Shown piece after piece: positions 38,159 to 49,410 of a stretch of DNA of 49,410 nt (position 1 is its first letter; the number at the start of each line of letters is the position of its first letter). The stretch lies in NCBI GenBank assembly GCA_030647355.1, contig JAUSIS010000008.1:1-49410 (forward strand), read 5' to 3'. The translations under genes and the position numbers were made by a program. Below the pieces are notes generated by a model that saw nothing but the letters and a program-made list of their open reading frames with translations, was not told the DNA's origin and did not search any database. The stretch is from a bacterium. GTDB taxonomy: Bacteria; Patescibacteriota; UBA1384; VFKW01.

Positions 38159-38268
38159 TTTAATTAAATACATTTCAATCTTGTGCTAAATGTATTGATT
38201 TTTATATATCTTATAGATAGAATGCTGATAAGCGTCATTTTGTAGCAAAAAATAACTCATGGAAGGAA

Positions 38269-39603
38269 GTGGTGGTTTTGAAACCTTGGCTACAAGGAAC
38301 GCAGTGTGTTGGAGAAAAAGGGCAGCTGGAAATTGGCGGCTGCTCGACATTCCAAATCGCCTATGACTATGGGACCCCGGTTCATGTTATAGACGAGAAG
38401 TTCGCCCGTCAAAGGATGTTAGAATACGTCGAGGCGTTCGAGGATTCCTATGGTTATTCTCATGTCTCCTTTGCCGGCAAGAGCTTTCTCTGCTCGGCGT
38501 GGTGCTATGTCCTAGAGCAAGAGGGGATGGGACTGGATGTCTGCTCGCAAGGGGAACTCCATGTAGCCCGCAAGGCTGGCTTTCCACCGGAAGCCATAAC
38601 TGTCCACGGCTGTGCCAAAGATCGAGAGTTTTTGGAAGCAGCCATTGACTATCGTGTGGGACGGATTGTCATTGACAATCTGGATGAAATCCGCGTGATC
38701 AGCAACCTAGCTGACCAATTCGACGTCAAGCAAGGTGTCTTGATTCGAGTCGTTCCCGGCGTGGATACCCACACCCAAGCCAAGATCTCCACCGGTGCTC
38801 CGAACACGAAGTTCGGTTGCCACATTGTCGGAGGCATTGCTACAGAGGGGGTTAGGGAGATCCTCGACTCGCCGAATCTCGTATTCGGTGGACTCCACTC
38901 GCACATCGGCTCATCAATCACCGATTTCCAAGGATTCTACGACCAGATTGACGAGGTCTTGCAGTTCGCTCGTGCGATCGAGAAAGACTTCAAGGCCGAA
39001 ATCCCTGAGGTGAATATCGGCGGTGGTCTAGGCATTGCCTATCTGCCCGACGAGCAAGTGCCCACCATCACCGAATTTGTCGAGGCGATCTGCTCTCACT
39101 TCAAGGCGTCTCTCGAGAAGTATGAAGTGGCAAGTAAGCCGCAGTTGAGCGCGGAACCTGGCAGGAGCATCATCGCTCCGGCTGGAATCACTCTCCAGAA
39201 GGTCTGTGTTGTCAAAAAGATCCCGGACGGCACCGTCCATGTCATCCTCGACGGGGGGCTGTCAAACAATCCGCGTGTCGTCATGTATGACGCCAAGTAC
39301 CACATGTTCTTGGCCAATCGCCCCCAGGCTCAGCACGACATGAGAGTCACGGTTTCCGGCAGCCATTGCGAGACTGACCTTATTCGCGAGGATGTTTTGG
39401 TCCCGCACGACATCCGTCCGGGAGACATCATGGTTGTCCAATGCACGGGTGCATACGGGCATGTGATGTCGAGCAACTATAACGGAACCTGCCGACCGGC
39501 AGTTATCCTGGTCAATGACGGAGCAGCGAATCTCATTGTGCAGCGCGAGGAGTTCGACGATCTGGTTTATCGAGACTCGGTGCCAGCGCGCCTTCTCAAG
39601 TAA
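38269..39603 (+). CDS. lysA: Diaminopimelate decarboxylase (group IV PLP decarboxylase), GC-rich
   Basis: YGTP, AGKS (PLP Lys), KFG, HSHIGS, NIGGGLG, EPGRS, HCE, GAY..MSSNYN. Confidence 0.85.
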   Translation: MVVLKPWLQGTQCVGEKGQLEIGGCSTFQIAYDYGTPVHVIDEKFARQRMLEYVEAFEDSYGYSHVSFAGKSFLCSAWCYVLEQEGMGLDVCSQGELHVARKAGFPPEAITVHGCAKDREFLEAAIDYRVGRIVIDNLDEIRVISNLADQFDVKQGVLIRVVPGVDTHTQAKISTGAPNTKFGCHIVGGIATEGVREILDSPNLVFGGLHSHIGSSITDFQGFYDQIDEVLQFARAIEKDFKAEIPEVNIGGGLGIAYLPDEQVPTITEFVEAICSHFKASLEKYEVASKPQLSAEPGRSIIAPAGITLQKVCVVKKIPDGTVHVILDGGLSNNPRVVMYDAKYHMFLANRPQAQHDMRVTVSGSHCETDLIREDVLVPHDIRPGDIMVVQCTGAYGHVMSSNYNGTCRPAVILVNDGAANLIVQREEFDDLVYRDSVPARLLK

Positions 39604-39616
39604 TAGACATCAACCA

Positions 39617-39643
39617 AGGCGGCCATCAGCGGTCGCCTCTTTT
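39617..39643 (+). terminator. lysA terminator
   Basis: aggcggcc-atcagc-ggtcgcct followed by ctttt. Confidence 0.65.
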
Positions 39644-39739
39644 CATATCAAAATTAATAACCCCATAAATATATTTTTATTAACCTCTGCGCTTTTATTG
39701 AGCCGTAAATTGTAGTAATATTAACCTGAAAGGGAAATT

Positions 39740-42355
<2,616 letters not shown>

Positions 42356-42477
42356 TGAGTGAAAAACAAGTAAGCGCAGTCCCGCACTTTACACTTTGTG
42401 TTATAATTGGACATAGTCCATTTAACCGAAAGTAATAGTGCGTGGATGTCACGGTAAATAATAACCGCAGGGGAGAT

Positions 42478-42942
42478 ATGTCCCAAAAATCTCAAAAATT
42501 ATATCCGATTATTGGAACTGGCATCTATATACTAAATGATAAAGCCGAACTTTTGTTAATGAAGCGAATCAGCCCCAATGGACCCGGCACATGGTCGCCG
42601 GCTGGCGGTCATCTTGAATTTGGGGAAGCTTTTGACGATTGTGTTCGAAGGGAAGCCAAAGAAGAATGGGGGATTGATGTTGGCAATATCCGTTTATTAG
42701 GATTGACAAACGATATATATCAGGCAAACAAACACTCTGTGACCCTCCATTTTGCCTGCTCTATCACAAAAGGCGAGCCGACTATCACCGAACCGCACAA
42801 TTTCACCGAAATTGGCTGGTTCAAGCTCAATAATCTTCCCTCCCCTCTCTTTCACCCTGTTGCCAATTTCTTACAAACTGAATTCGACTGTTTTTGTGGA
42901 AGTGGCAAGAAATACAAGAAATGCCACAGAATAGCCACATGA
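42478..42942 (+). CDS. NUDIX hydrolase (MutT/NUDT15-like) with C-terminal SEC-C motif
   Basis: GGHLEFGE...REAKEEWG; [13 protein letters not shown]; start ATG 42478 after SD gggga. Confidence 0.85.
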   Translation: MSQKSQKLYPIIGTGIYILNDKAELLLMKRISPNGPGTWSPAGGHLEFGEAFDDCVRREAKEEWGIDVGNIRLLGLTNDIYQANKHSVTLHFACSITKGEPTITEPHNFTEIGWFKLNNLPSPLFHPVANFLQTEFDCFCGSGKKYKKCHRIAT

Positions 42943-43029
42943 TTGATAGCAAAATGACTTTCTCCTATTCAATACCCAAGGATTTGAATTCAACCTCAAA
43001 ATGAGTTATATTTGTTGGAGAGGTAATTC

Positions 43030-43713
43030 ATGCCCATTATTGAATTGCATAATGTTTCAAAAGAATATGGTCGCACGAAAGTTTTGCATGATGTGAGTGT
43101 CTCTTTTGATAAGGGTGAGTTTGTTTCGGTAGTCGGTCACAGTGGAGCCGGCAAATCAACCATCGTTAAACTGTTAACCTGCGAAGAAGTCCCAACTCGC
43201 GGCCGAATAATAGTTGCCGGCCGCGACATCACCCAGCTCAAACCTAAAGAACTGCCATACTACCGCCGGAAAATTGGCGTCATCTTCCAAGACTTTAAAC
43301 TTCTCCCCCAAAAAACTGTCTACGAGAATGTCGCTTATGCCCTCGAAGTCTGTGACTATCCTAATGCTGATATTAAAAAGCGCGTCTCCAAAGTTGTAGA
43401 ACTTGTTGGTCTATCGCATCGCGTCCATAATTACCCGAATGAATTATCGGGCGGTGAGCGCCAACGGGTAGCCATCGCCCGAGCGCTTATCCACAGCCCT
43501 AAAATATTAATTGCCGATGAACCGTCTGGTAATCTCGACCCTGTAAATACTTGGGAGATCATGGAATTGCTTTATCGTATTAACCGCAGCGGCGCTCTTG
43601 TTATTCTGACTACCCACAATAAAACTGTCGTCGATCGGCTCAAAAAACGCGTCGTTTTAATGAAAGGCGGACGTATAATCAGCGATGAGCAATCCGGAAC
43701 TTATGTCATATAA
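43030..43713 (+). CDS. ftsE: Cell division ATP-binding protein FtsE
   Basis: GHSGAGKST, FQDFKLL, LSGGERQR, ADEPSGNLDP. Confidence 0.95.
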   Translation: MPIIELHNVSKEYGRTKVLHDVSVSFDKGEFVSVVGHSGAGKSTIVKLLTCEEVPTRGRIIVAGRDITQLKPKELPYYRRKIGVIFQDFKLLPQKTVYENVAYALEVCDYPNADIKKRVSKVVELVGLSHRVHNYPNELSGGERQRVAIARALIHSPKILIADEPSGNLDPVNTWEIMELLYRINRSGALVILTTHNKTVVDRLKKRVVLMKGGRIISDEQSGTYVI

Positions 43714-43803
43714 AGGTAAAAAGTAAAATGCATATAGCAAAAACACAAATTAAAAATATTAAAACTAGCAGGTCTTTGCTTTTTTCTATTTTATCTTTAC
43801 TTT
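43712..43803. repeat. Heptamer-periodic imperfect inverted repeat element
   Basis: A-rich heptamers (AAAGGTA AAAAGTA AAATGCA...) followed by T-rich heptamers (CTTTGCT TTTTTCT ATTTTAT CTTTACT). Confidence 0.6.
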
Positions 43804-43816
43804 CAACGGAGTTGTT

Positions 43817-44746
43817 ATGAATATCCGTTCGCTTTACCGCATAATAAAATTTGGCCTTACCAATTTCTGGCGCAACCGTTGGCTTTCTTTAGCCGCCACC
43901 TTAATGATGACAATTACACTTCTTATTATCAGCTTCTTCGCAATATTAAATTTATCTGTTAATACTGTTTCACAAACCATCCGTTCGCGCCTAGATATGG
44001 AAGTTTTCTTCTTTGACGATCTGGTTCCCGAAGCAAAAATCCTCGCTTTAGCTCAAGACCTCAAGGGTCAGGCAAATGTCAAAGATGTCCACTTCGTCAG
44101 TAAAGCCGAAGCCCAGGAAAATTTCCAAAACTACGAAATAGATCCGGCCGTTATTCAAATAGCCAACGAAATGAATGTCTATCCCCGTAGTCTTAAAATT
44201 AAAGTCAACGATCCGGAAAAAATATCCGATGTCTCCAGTTTTATAAAACAAGCCAAATATTCCGACATTGTCTGTAAAGAATTAAAATGTTTGTCATCAA
44301 ACTCAAAACAAACTCAAGACACCACAAATACTCTCATTAACTACACCCGTTTCATTAAACGCATTGGCTGGGCAACAGGTGCCATCTTCGTTCTCGTCTC
44401 GATACTCATCATCCTAAACACTATTAAACTTACCATCTTTACCAGACGGGACGAGATTGAGATCATGAAGCTGGTTGGGGCAAATCATGCCTTTATCCGC
44501 TTGCCATTCGTGATCGAGGCGGTTCTTTACGGGCTTTTAGCTACCATTATCTCCCTTGGGACTATTACTTTGATTATTAAATTCACTACTCCCTACATTT
44601 CCCGCTCTCTCAAAATAGTTAATTTAGATATGATGCGTTTTTTCCAAGATCATCTATTTCAGATTATTCTCCTGCAACTAGGGGTCAGTCTCATAATTTC
44701 CATTTTCTGCAGCGTTATCTCGATTCGCACTCACCTGAAGACCTGA
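43817..44746 (+). CDS. ftsX: Cell division permease FtsX
   Basis: FWRNRWLSLA, NTIKLTIFTRRDEIEIMKLVGA, PFVIE. Confidence 0.95.
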   Translation: MNIRSLYRIIKFGLTNFWRNRWLSLAATLMMTITLLIISFFAILNLSVNTVSQTIRSRLDMEVFFFDDLVPEAKILALAQDLKGQANVKDVHFVSKAEAQENFQNYEIDPAVIQIANEMNVYPRSLKIKVNDPEKISDVSSFIKQAKYSDIVCKELKCLSSNSKQTQDTTNTLINYTRFIKRIGWATGAIFVLVSILIILNTIKLTIFTRRDEIEIMKLVGANHAFIRLPFVIEAVLYGLLATIISLGTITLIIKFTTPYISRSLKIVNLDMMRFFQDHLFQIILLQLGVSLIISIFCSVISIRTHLKT

Positions 44747-44861
44747 CCCCATTGACATTGAACTCTAAGCTTGACAGCCGAGCTGCCTATGCTAGTATTA
44801 AATCACGGCTTTTCTCGTGCTTATCGCTAAGATCGGCACAAATCAAGGAGGGTGTTGCTAA

Positions 44862-46100
44862 ATGCTCAAGATAGAGTTGGCAAATAGAAAAACTTTATCA
44901 CTAACCCGCAAAGGCGTAATCACGCTGATGCTTTTTACTATTTTATTGGCTTTTCTACCAGTTTCTGCTTATGGCGCTACTCTTGATGAATTGGAACAGC
45001 AAAGGATTGAAGCCGCGCAGAGGGCTAACGACCTCAAAAAACAAGCTGCTGAAAAAACAAACCAAGTAGATGACCTTGCCACGATAACGCAGAAACTTTC
45101 AAAACAAATCTCGGATCTTCAGTATAGAATTAATTCCCTTCAAAATAAAATCAATATTAATGAAAAATCCATTACTGAAACTGAATCGCAAATCCAACAG
45201 AAGCAAGCCGAACTTGAGATTAATATGCAAAAGCAAGCCGAAGCTATTCGGACATTATATGTTGTTGGCCGCAAAAGTACTCTCGAAACCTTGATAACCA
45301 GCAATTCGCTCTCAGAAACAGTCGCCCGAAAGCAGTATCTCTCTGCGTTATCAGGAAAGATCGAATCAATGATGAAGGAGATAAAACAGCTGAAGAAAGA
45401 CTTGGAAGCCAAGAAAGTAGATTTACAGAAACGTAAGGAAGACCTTATTGGGCAAAGAGAGCAGGTAAAAATCCAACAAGCAGACCTGCTTAACCAAAAA
45501 CAAATTCAGAACAGGCTTCTGAATGATACGAAAAATGCCCTCGCTGATTTACAAAGCCAACAAAGAGCAATGCAACGACAAGTGGCAGATATTCGTCAAA
45601 AAATTCAGGCTCTTAGTGCACAAAAAAATTGGGGTAACGGAATCATCTCTGATACTGATCTAAGTTGGTACCAAACACAAACAGGTAATTCTGCAAGTCT
45701 TGGCCCCTATACTATCAATGATTCAGGTTGTTTAATCACCTCTATTGCTATGGTGGCAACCTTTTATGGAACATGGGTTACTCCAACAACCATAGCAGGG
45801 AGTGGCTATATAGGGAGTGATGGGTTAGTTCCATCCCCCTTTACAGGTTATGGCGTGAGAGTTGACAGAGGCGTTCCCGTAGATTGGAGTGTTGTCAACA
45901 GTGATCTTGATAGTAACCGTCCTGTGATAGTGAGTCTATTTATCCCTGGATTTGAGTCAATTAATTCTGATGGCTCATCCCATTTTATAGTGTTAAAAGG
46001 TAGATCTAGCGATAAGTATATAATGCATGATCCCATTGGCACTGGCCGTAGCTATAGTTTAAGTCAGGTTAGATCAATGAAGCGAGTCCATGAGCTATAA
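44862..46100 (+). CDS. Secreted coiled-coil protein with C39-like cysteine peptidase domain (PcsB/CwlO-like FtsEX partner)
   Basis: Signal peptide, long coiled coil, Q...GCLITSIAM, HFIVL, HDP; follows ftsEX. Confidence 0.8.
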   Translation: MLKIELANRKTLSLTRKGVITLMLFTILLAFLPVSAYGATLDELEQQRIEAAQRANDLKKQAAEKTNQVDDLATITQKLSKQISDLQYRINSLQNKININEKSITETESQIQQKQAELEINMQKQAEAIRTLYVVGRKSTLETLITSNSLSETVARKQYLSALSGKIESMMKEIKQLKKDLEAKKVDLQKRKEDLIGQREQVKIQQADLLNQKQIQNRLLNDTKNALADLQSQQRAMQRQVADIRQKIQALSAQKNWGNGIISDTDLSWYQTQTGNSASLGPYTINDSGCLITSIAMVATFYGTWVTPTTIAGSGYIGSDGLVPSPFTGYGVRVDRGVPVDWSVVNSDLDSNRPVIVSLFIPGFESINSDGSSHFIVLKGRSSDKYIMHDPIGTGRSYSLSQVRSMKRVHEL

Positions 46101-46167
46101 CTACTAATCTTGTCTTCCCACTCTAATTTGTTATCATGAAGCCAGACGCTTTTGATTGTGGGGTAAA

Positions 46168-47178
46168 ATGGATGTAGAAAACTTAGTCAGTCCGGTTATT
46201 CAAGGATCTGACGATAATATTCTTGATGCGACTTTGCGTCCGAAAAAACTGACCGATTTTATCGGTCAACACACTACCAAACAAAACCTCCAGGTAGCAA
46301 TGTCGGCCGCCAAAGGCAGAGGCGAATCTCTCGATCATATTTTAGTCTATGGACCTCCTGGATTAGGCAAAACTACTCTCGCCAATGTTATCGCCCATGA
46401 AATGGCTGTCAGTATCCGTACCACCTCCGGACCGGCAATCGAACGGGCAGGCGATGTAGCCGCAATCCTTACCAGCTTAGAACCCGGCGACGTTTTATTT
46501 ATTGATGAAATCCATCGTCTCAACCGCAACATTGAAGAAATGCTTTATTCGGCCATGGAAGATTTCGCTATAGATTTAATTATTGGCAAAGGTCCTTCCG
46601 CCCGCACCCTGCGGCTCGATTTACCAAAATTTACTTTGATTGGCGCCACCACGCGCATTGCCTCACTCTCCTCGCCCTTGCGCGATCGCTTTGGCATGGT
46701 CTACCGGCTTGATTTCTACGATCCGCCTGACATCGAAAAAATCATCAATCGCTCGGCTAAGATACTCAAAATTGATATTGATAAAGCCGGCTTATCAACT
46801 ATATCCTTGTGTGCCCGCCGCACTCCCCGAATTGCCAATCGTCTTTTGAAACGTGTTCGCGACTATGCTCAAGTTCATGGCAACGGCGTAGTTGATGCTG
46901 TCACATCCAAAAAATCTTTGGACTGCCTGCATATTGATCATTACGGTTTAGATGAGATAGATAGAAGAATGCTCCGGACAATTATTGAAAAGTTTAGTGG
47001 CGGTCCCGTCGGTCTTAGTACCATCGCCGCCGCTATCGCTGAAGAGAAAGAAACCATTGAAGAAGTTTACGAACCCTACTTAATCCAAATGGGATTGCTT
47101 GAGCGCACCGGACGCGGCCGCAAAGCTACTCCTCACGCCTACTCTCACCTCGGTCTCGCCCCACCGCATGCAGTCTAG
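46168..47178 (+). CDS. ruvB: Holliday junction branch migration helicase RuvB
   Basis: [30 protein letters not shown]. Confidence 0.97.
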   Translation: MDVENLVSPVIQGSDDNILDATLRPKKLTDFIGQHTTKQNLQVAMSAAKGRGESLDHILVYGPPGLGKTTLANVIAHEMAVSIRTTSGPAIERAGDVAAILTSLEPGDVLFIDEIHRLNRNIEEMLYSAMEDFAIDLIIGKGPSARTLRLDLPKFTLIGATTRIASLSSPLRDRFGMVYRLDFYDPPDIEKIINRSAKILKIDIDKAGLSTISLCARRTPRIANRLLKRVRDYAQVHGNGVVDAVTSKKSLDCLHIDHYGLDEIDRRMLRTIIEKFSGGPVGLSTIAAAIAEEKETIEEVYEPYLIQMGLLERTGRGRKATPHAYSHLGLAPPHAV

Positions 47179-47239
47179 CCCATCGCTCCTTCTCTTTGCT
47201 TTTTACTTTTTTAGTGTGTTACAATAATGACGAGGTTTT

Positions 47240-47425
47240 ATGGGTCAAGCATTGATTGGTTATACAATCTATCTTTTTCTTGTAGTTGTCATCAACGCCG
47301 CCGTGATTTATCATTTTACTAAGTACTGTTTTAAAGGCGACATTACTAGGGTAGTGGTAGTTTTTTATTCTATTGCAATGATTGCTACAGTGGTGATTAC
47401 TTTATTTTTATTAGGCATTATTTAG
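47240..47425 (+). CDS. Small two-TM membrane protein
   Basis: 61 aa, two hydrophobic helices, SD gagg. Confidence 0.65.
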   Translation: MGQALIGYTIYLFLVVVINAAVIYHFTKYCFKGDITRVVVVFYSIAMIATVVITLFLLGII

Positions 47426-47432
47426 AGGCGAT

Positions 47433-48335
47433 ATGACTGAATCAGAACCACAATTTTACTTCCCAGACCAGAAACCCGATGAAAAAGTCTTCTTATTTGT
47501 CCGTCGTCATTGGATTAGTTTCGCCCCTACGATTCTCATCTCCATATTTATGATTTTTTTCCCCATAGCTGTGATAATAGGTATTATCTACGGTTTTAAA
47601 ATCGAGGTAAATCCCATAATTGTTCAATATATCATTCTGTCAGTTAGCGCTTATATTTTATTCATCATGACTTTTTTTATAGTCGGCTGGGTAGATTATT
47701 ATTTTGATGTACTGATAATTACCGATGAAAGATTAGTCAACATCGAACAAAACGGTTTATTCAACCGCCATATCTCCGAGCTGGATCTACTGCGCGTGCA
47801 AAATGTTTCCACCTCTGTAAAGGGGATATTGCCGACAATGTTCGACTATGGCTGTGTTGTAGTCCAGACTGCCGGTGAAAATCCTATGAGTGGTGCCAAT
47901 AGCAGAACAAGCGATTTTACTATGGAGAGTATGCCCGGTCCCCAGCATATTGCCCAAACCATCCTCCATCTTCACCAAGAATTGGTTTCCAAGCGGGGAC
48001 AAACCAAAGCCGCTCTCTATGGGGAAGGCGAGATACATCCCCACTCTCACGGAGACGATGATAATACTGAAAATCCAAATGAAAATGATAAAAACGATAA
48101 AAAACCCAAACCTGTCGGCGAAGATAGCCCAAAAGAAAAAGACAATACCCCTAAAAACACAGAGGAACCTCAAGAGAGTATATATGCCCATAAACTAAAA
48201 ACCAGCGAGGGTAGTGAATTGGAAACCGTCTCGCCAAAAGATCAAGAAGATACAGAGCCACCACAACCAGCCGCCACATTAAGACACGTAAAAGACGAGG
48301 GCCAACTAAGAGAAGGGGAAACAATAGATCTATGA
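47433..48335 (+). CDS. Bacterial PH-domain (bPH_2-like) membrane protein
   Basis: VRRHW, two TM helices, IITDERLV..EQNGLF, DYGCVVVQTAG; acidic disordered tail. Confidence 0.8.
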   Translation: MTESEPQFYFPDQKPDEKVFLFVRRHWISFAPTILISIFMIFFPIAVIIGIIYGFKIEVNPIIVQYIILSVSAYILFIMTFFIVGWVDYYFDVLIITDERLVNIEQNGLFNRHISELDLLRVQNVSTSVKGILPTMFDYGCVVVQTAGENPMSGANSRTSDFTMESMPGPQHIAQTILHLHQELVSKRGQTKAALYGEGEIHPHSHGDDDNTENPNENDKNDKKPKPVGEDSPKEKDNTPKNTEEPQESIYAHKLKTSEGSELETVSPKDQEDTEPPQPAATLRHVKDEGQLREGETIDL

Positions 48336-49285
48336 ATTATCGTCTTGCGGCAACATTTTTTATTGCCCTAACTATGGTTTTTTTTCGCCTGCCTCATGCT
48401 GAAGCAGTCGCAGCTAACCGGATTATATGGGATACACCCCAGATAATTCCCGATTCTTTCGTTGTTCCCGCTGATACTACTTTAATAATTAAATCAGGGG
48501 TAACAATTACCACAACTAATCCCGATGGAGCAAATCTCGAAATCTTAGGTAACATCGTCACTTCCGAAGGCGATCCGATTCTATTTAATAATATCAACAT
48601 AACTATACAATCCTCATCCATCGAGCTTTCGCATATTATCAATTCCGAACTTCACGGCTCGATCAATATCGAGCAAGGTAAAGTCGAAATTACGAAAAAT
48701 AAAATAATTTCACCCGATATTGGCATAGCGATCTATCAATCCGACAATATTATCATCAGCCAAAACGACATTCAAGCCACCGAATCGGCGATAACCGTGG
48801 AGCAGTCAGAAAACATTGAAATTACCAAAAATAATATCCATACATCGGACATAGGCATTCTTGTAGGAGAAGGTACTTCCGGTAATCTGGAATTTAATAC
48901 ACTTACCGGCAATGGCATCGGTGTTCAAATTAATACACAAGATACCCTTACTTTTAGTAAGAACAATATATATCAAAATAATCTCACTCGCCTCTTCCCG
49001 GATGATTTAGATCGCAACTTCGGCGTGAAAGTCATAAATTATTCCGGACTGCTCAACGCCGCAAAAAATTGGTGGGGCTGCCCGACCGGTCCTCTTTTGG
49101 AGCGTTTGGACGATAATGTCTGCGAGGTGATATCGGAAAATATAGACTTTCAAAGTTGGCTCGAAGCTCAAGCAGTTTATCATCTCGAAAACTCCGACCT
49201 GATCATTCATGAAATTATGACCAATCCTTCAAGCGGTTCCAAAGGAGAATGGCTGTCAACGCAAAATAGAAATGTCCGCTTTTAG
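48332..49285 (+). pseudogene. Secreted right-handed beta-helix protein whose lamin-tail domain is truncated by an IS insertion at 49254
   Basis: Signal peptide, repeated I..N.I beta-helix units, NWWG; LTD start LIIHEIMTNPSSGSKGEW breaks off at the IS end. Confidence 0.75.
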
Positions 49286-49410
49286 CAATTTAGAAATGTC
49301 CCTTTTTTGGTGCACAATGACAAACTTTTTCCATGGATGATTTGCTTTCGGCGTCCAGGGAATTTGCGGATTTTCTTTCTCCTTTCTTTTTACAATTATT
49401 AGTTTTTGCG
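49254..49410 (-). mobile_element. Right end of an IS1202/ISNCY-type insertion sequence (transposase C-terminus and terminal repeat)
   Basis: Begins TGT, with two subterminal repeats gcaa(aa/tt)tagaaatgtcc at 49261-49277 and 49285-49301; minus frame ...PWTPKANHPWKKF...DISILR* ends at 49256. Confidence 0.82.

Noticed and set aside
49201-49253. dif/Xer site targeted by the IS
   Set aside because: No 11-6-11 XerC/XerD arrangement next to the TGT end; the sequence is explained as lamin-tail coding.

Overview
Mostly core chromosome of a low-GC, genetic-code-11 bacterium. Gene content and style point to Patescibacteria/CPR (inference): short AlaRS, class I LysRS, degenerate PriA, and an actin-like plus baseplate-J-like gene pair. 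Housekeeping genes are a def-fmt fusion, priA, alaS, ruvX, mltG, glmS, mreBCD-mrdA, greA, lysS (class I), serS, raiA, secA, ftsEX with a coiled-coil C39-like hydrolase, and ruvB. Both ends are mobile. The left end is a large serine recombinase broken by one in-frame TGA, with divergent GC-rich cargo (GtrA-like and FcoT-like) followed by about 360 nt of densely structured non-coding DNA. The right end is the terminus of an IS1202/ISNCY-type element that truncates a beta-helix/lamin-tail surface protein. Scattered through the backbone are self-contained GC-rich single-gene cassettes (including a lone lysA), an AT-rich DUF262/DUF1524 (GmrSD-like) defence gene, a 93-nt rod-like hairpin, and short repeat elements, two of which appear to sit in-frame inside essential genes (fmt, alaS). 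No tRNA, rRNA or CRISPR array was recognised. All family assignments come from motif recognition by eye; no database search was run.
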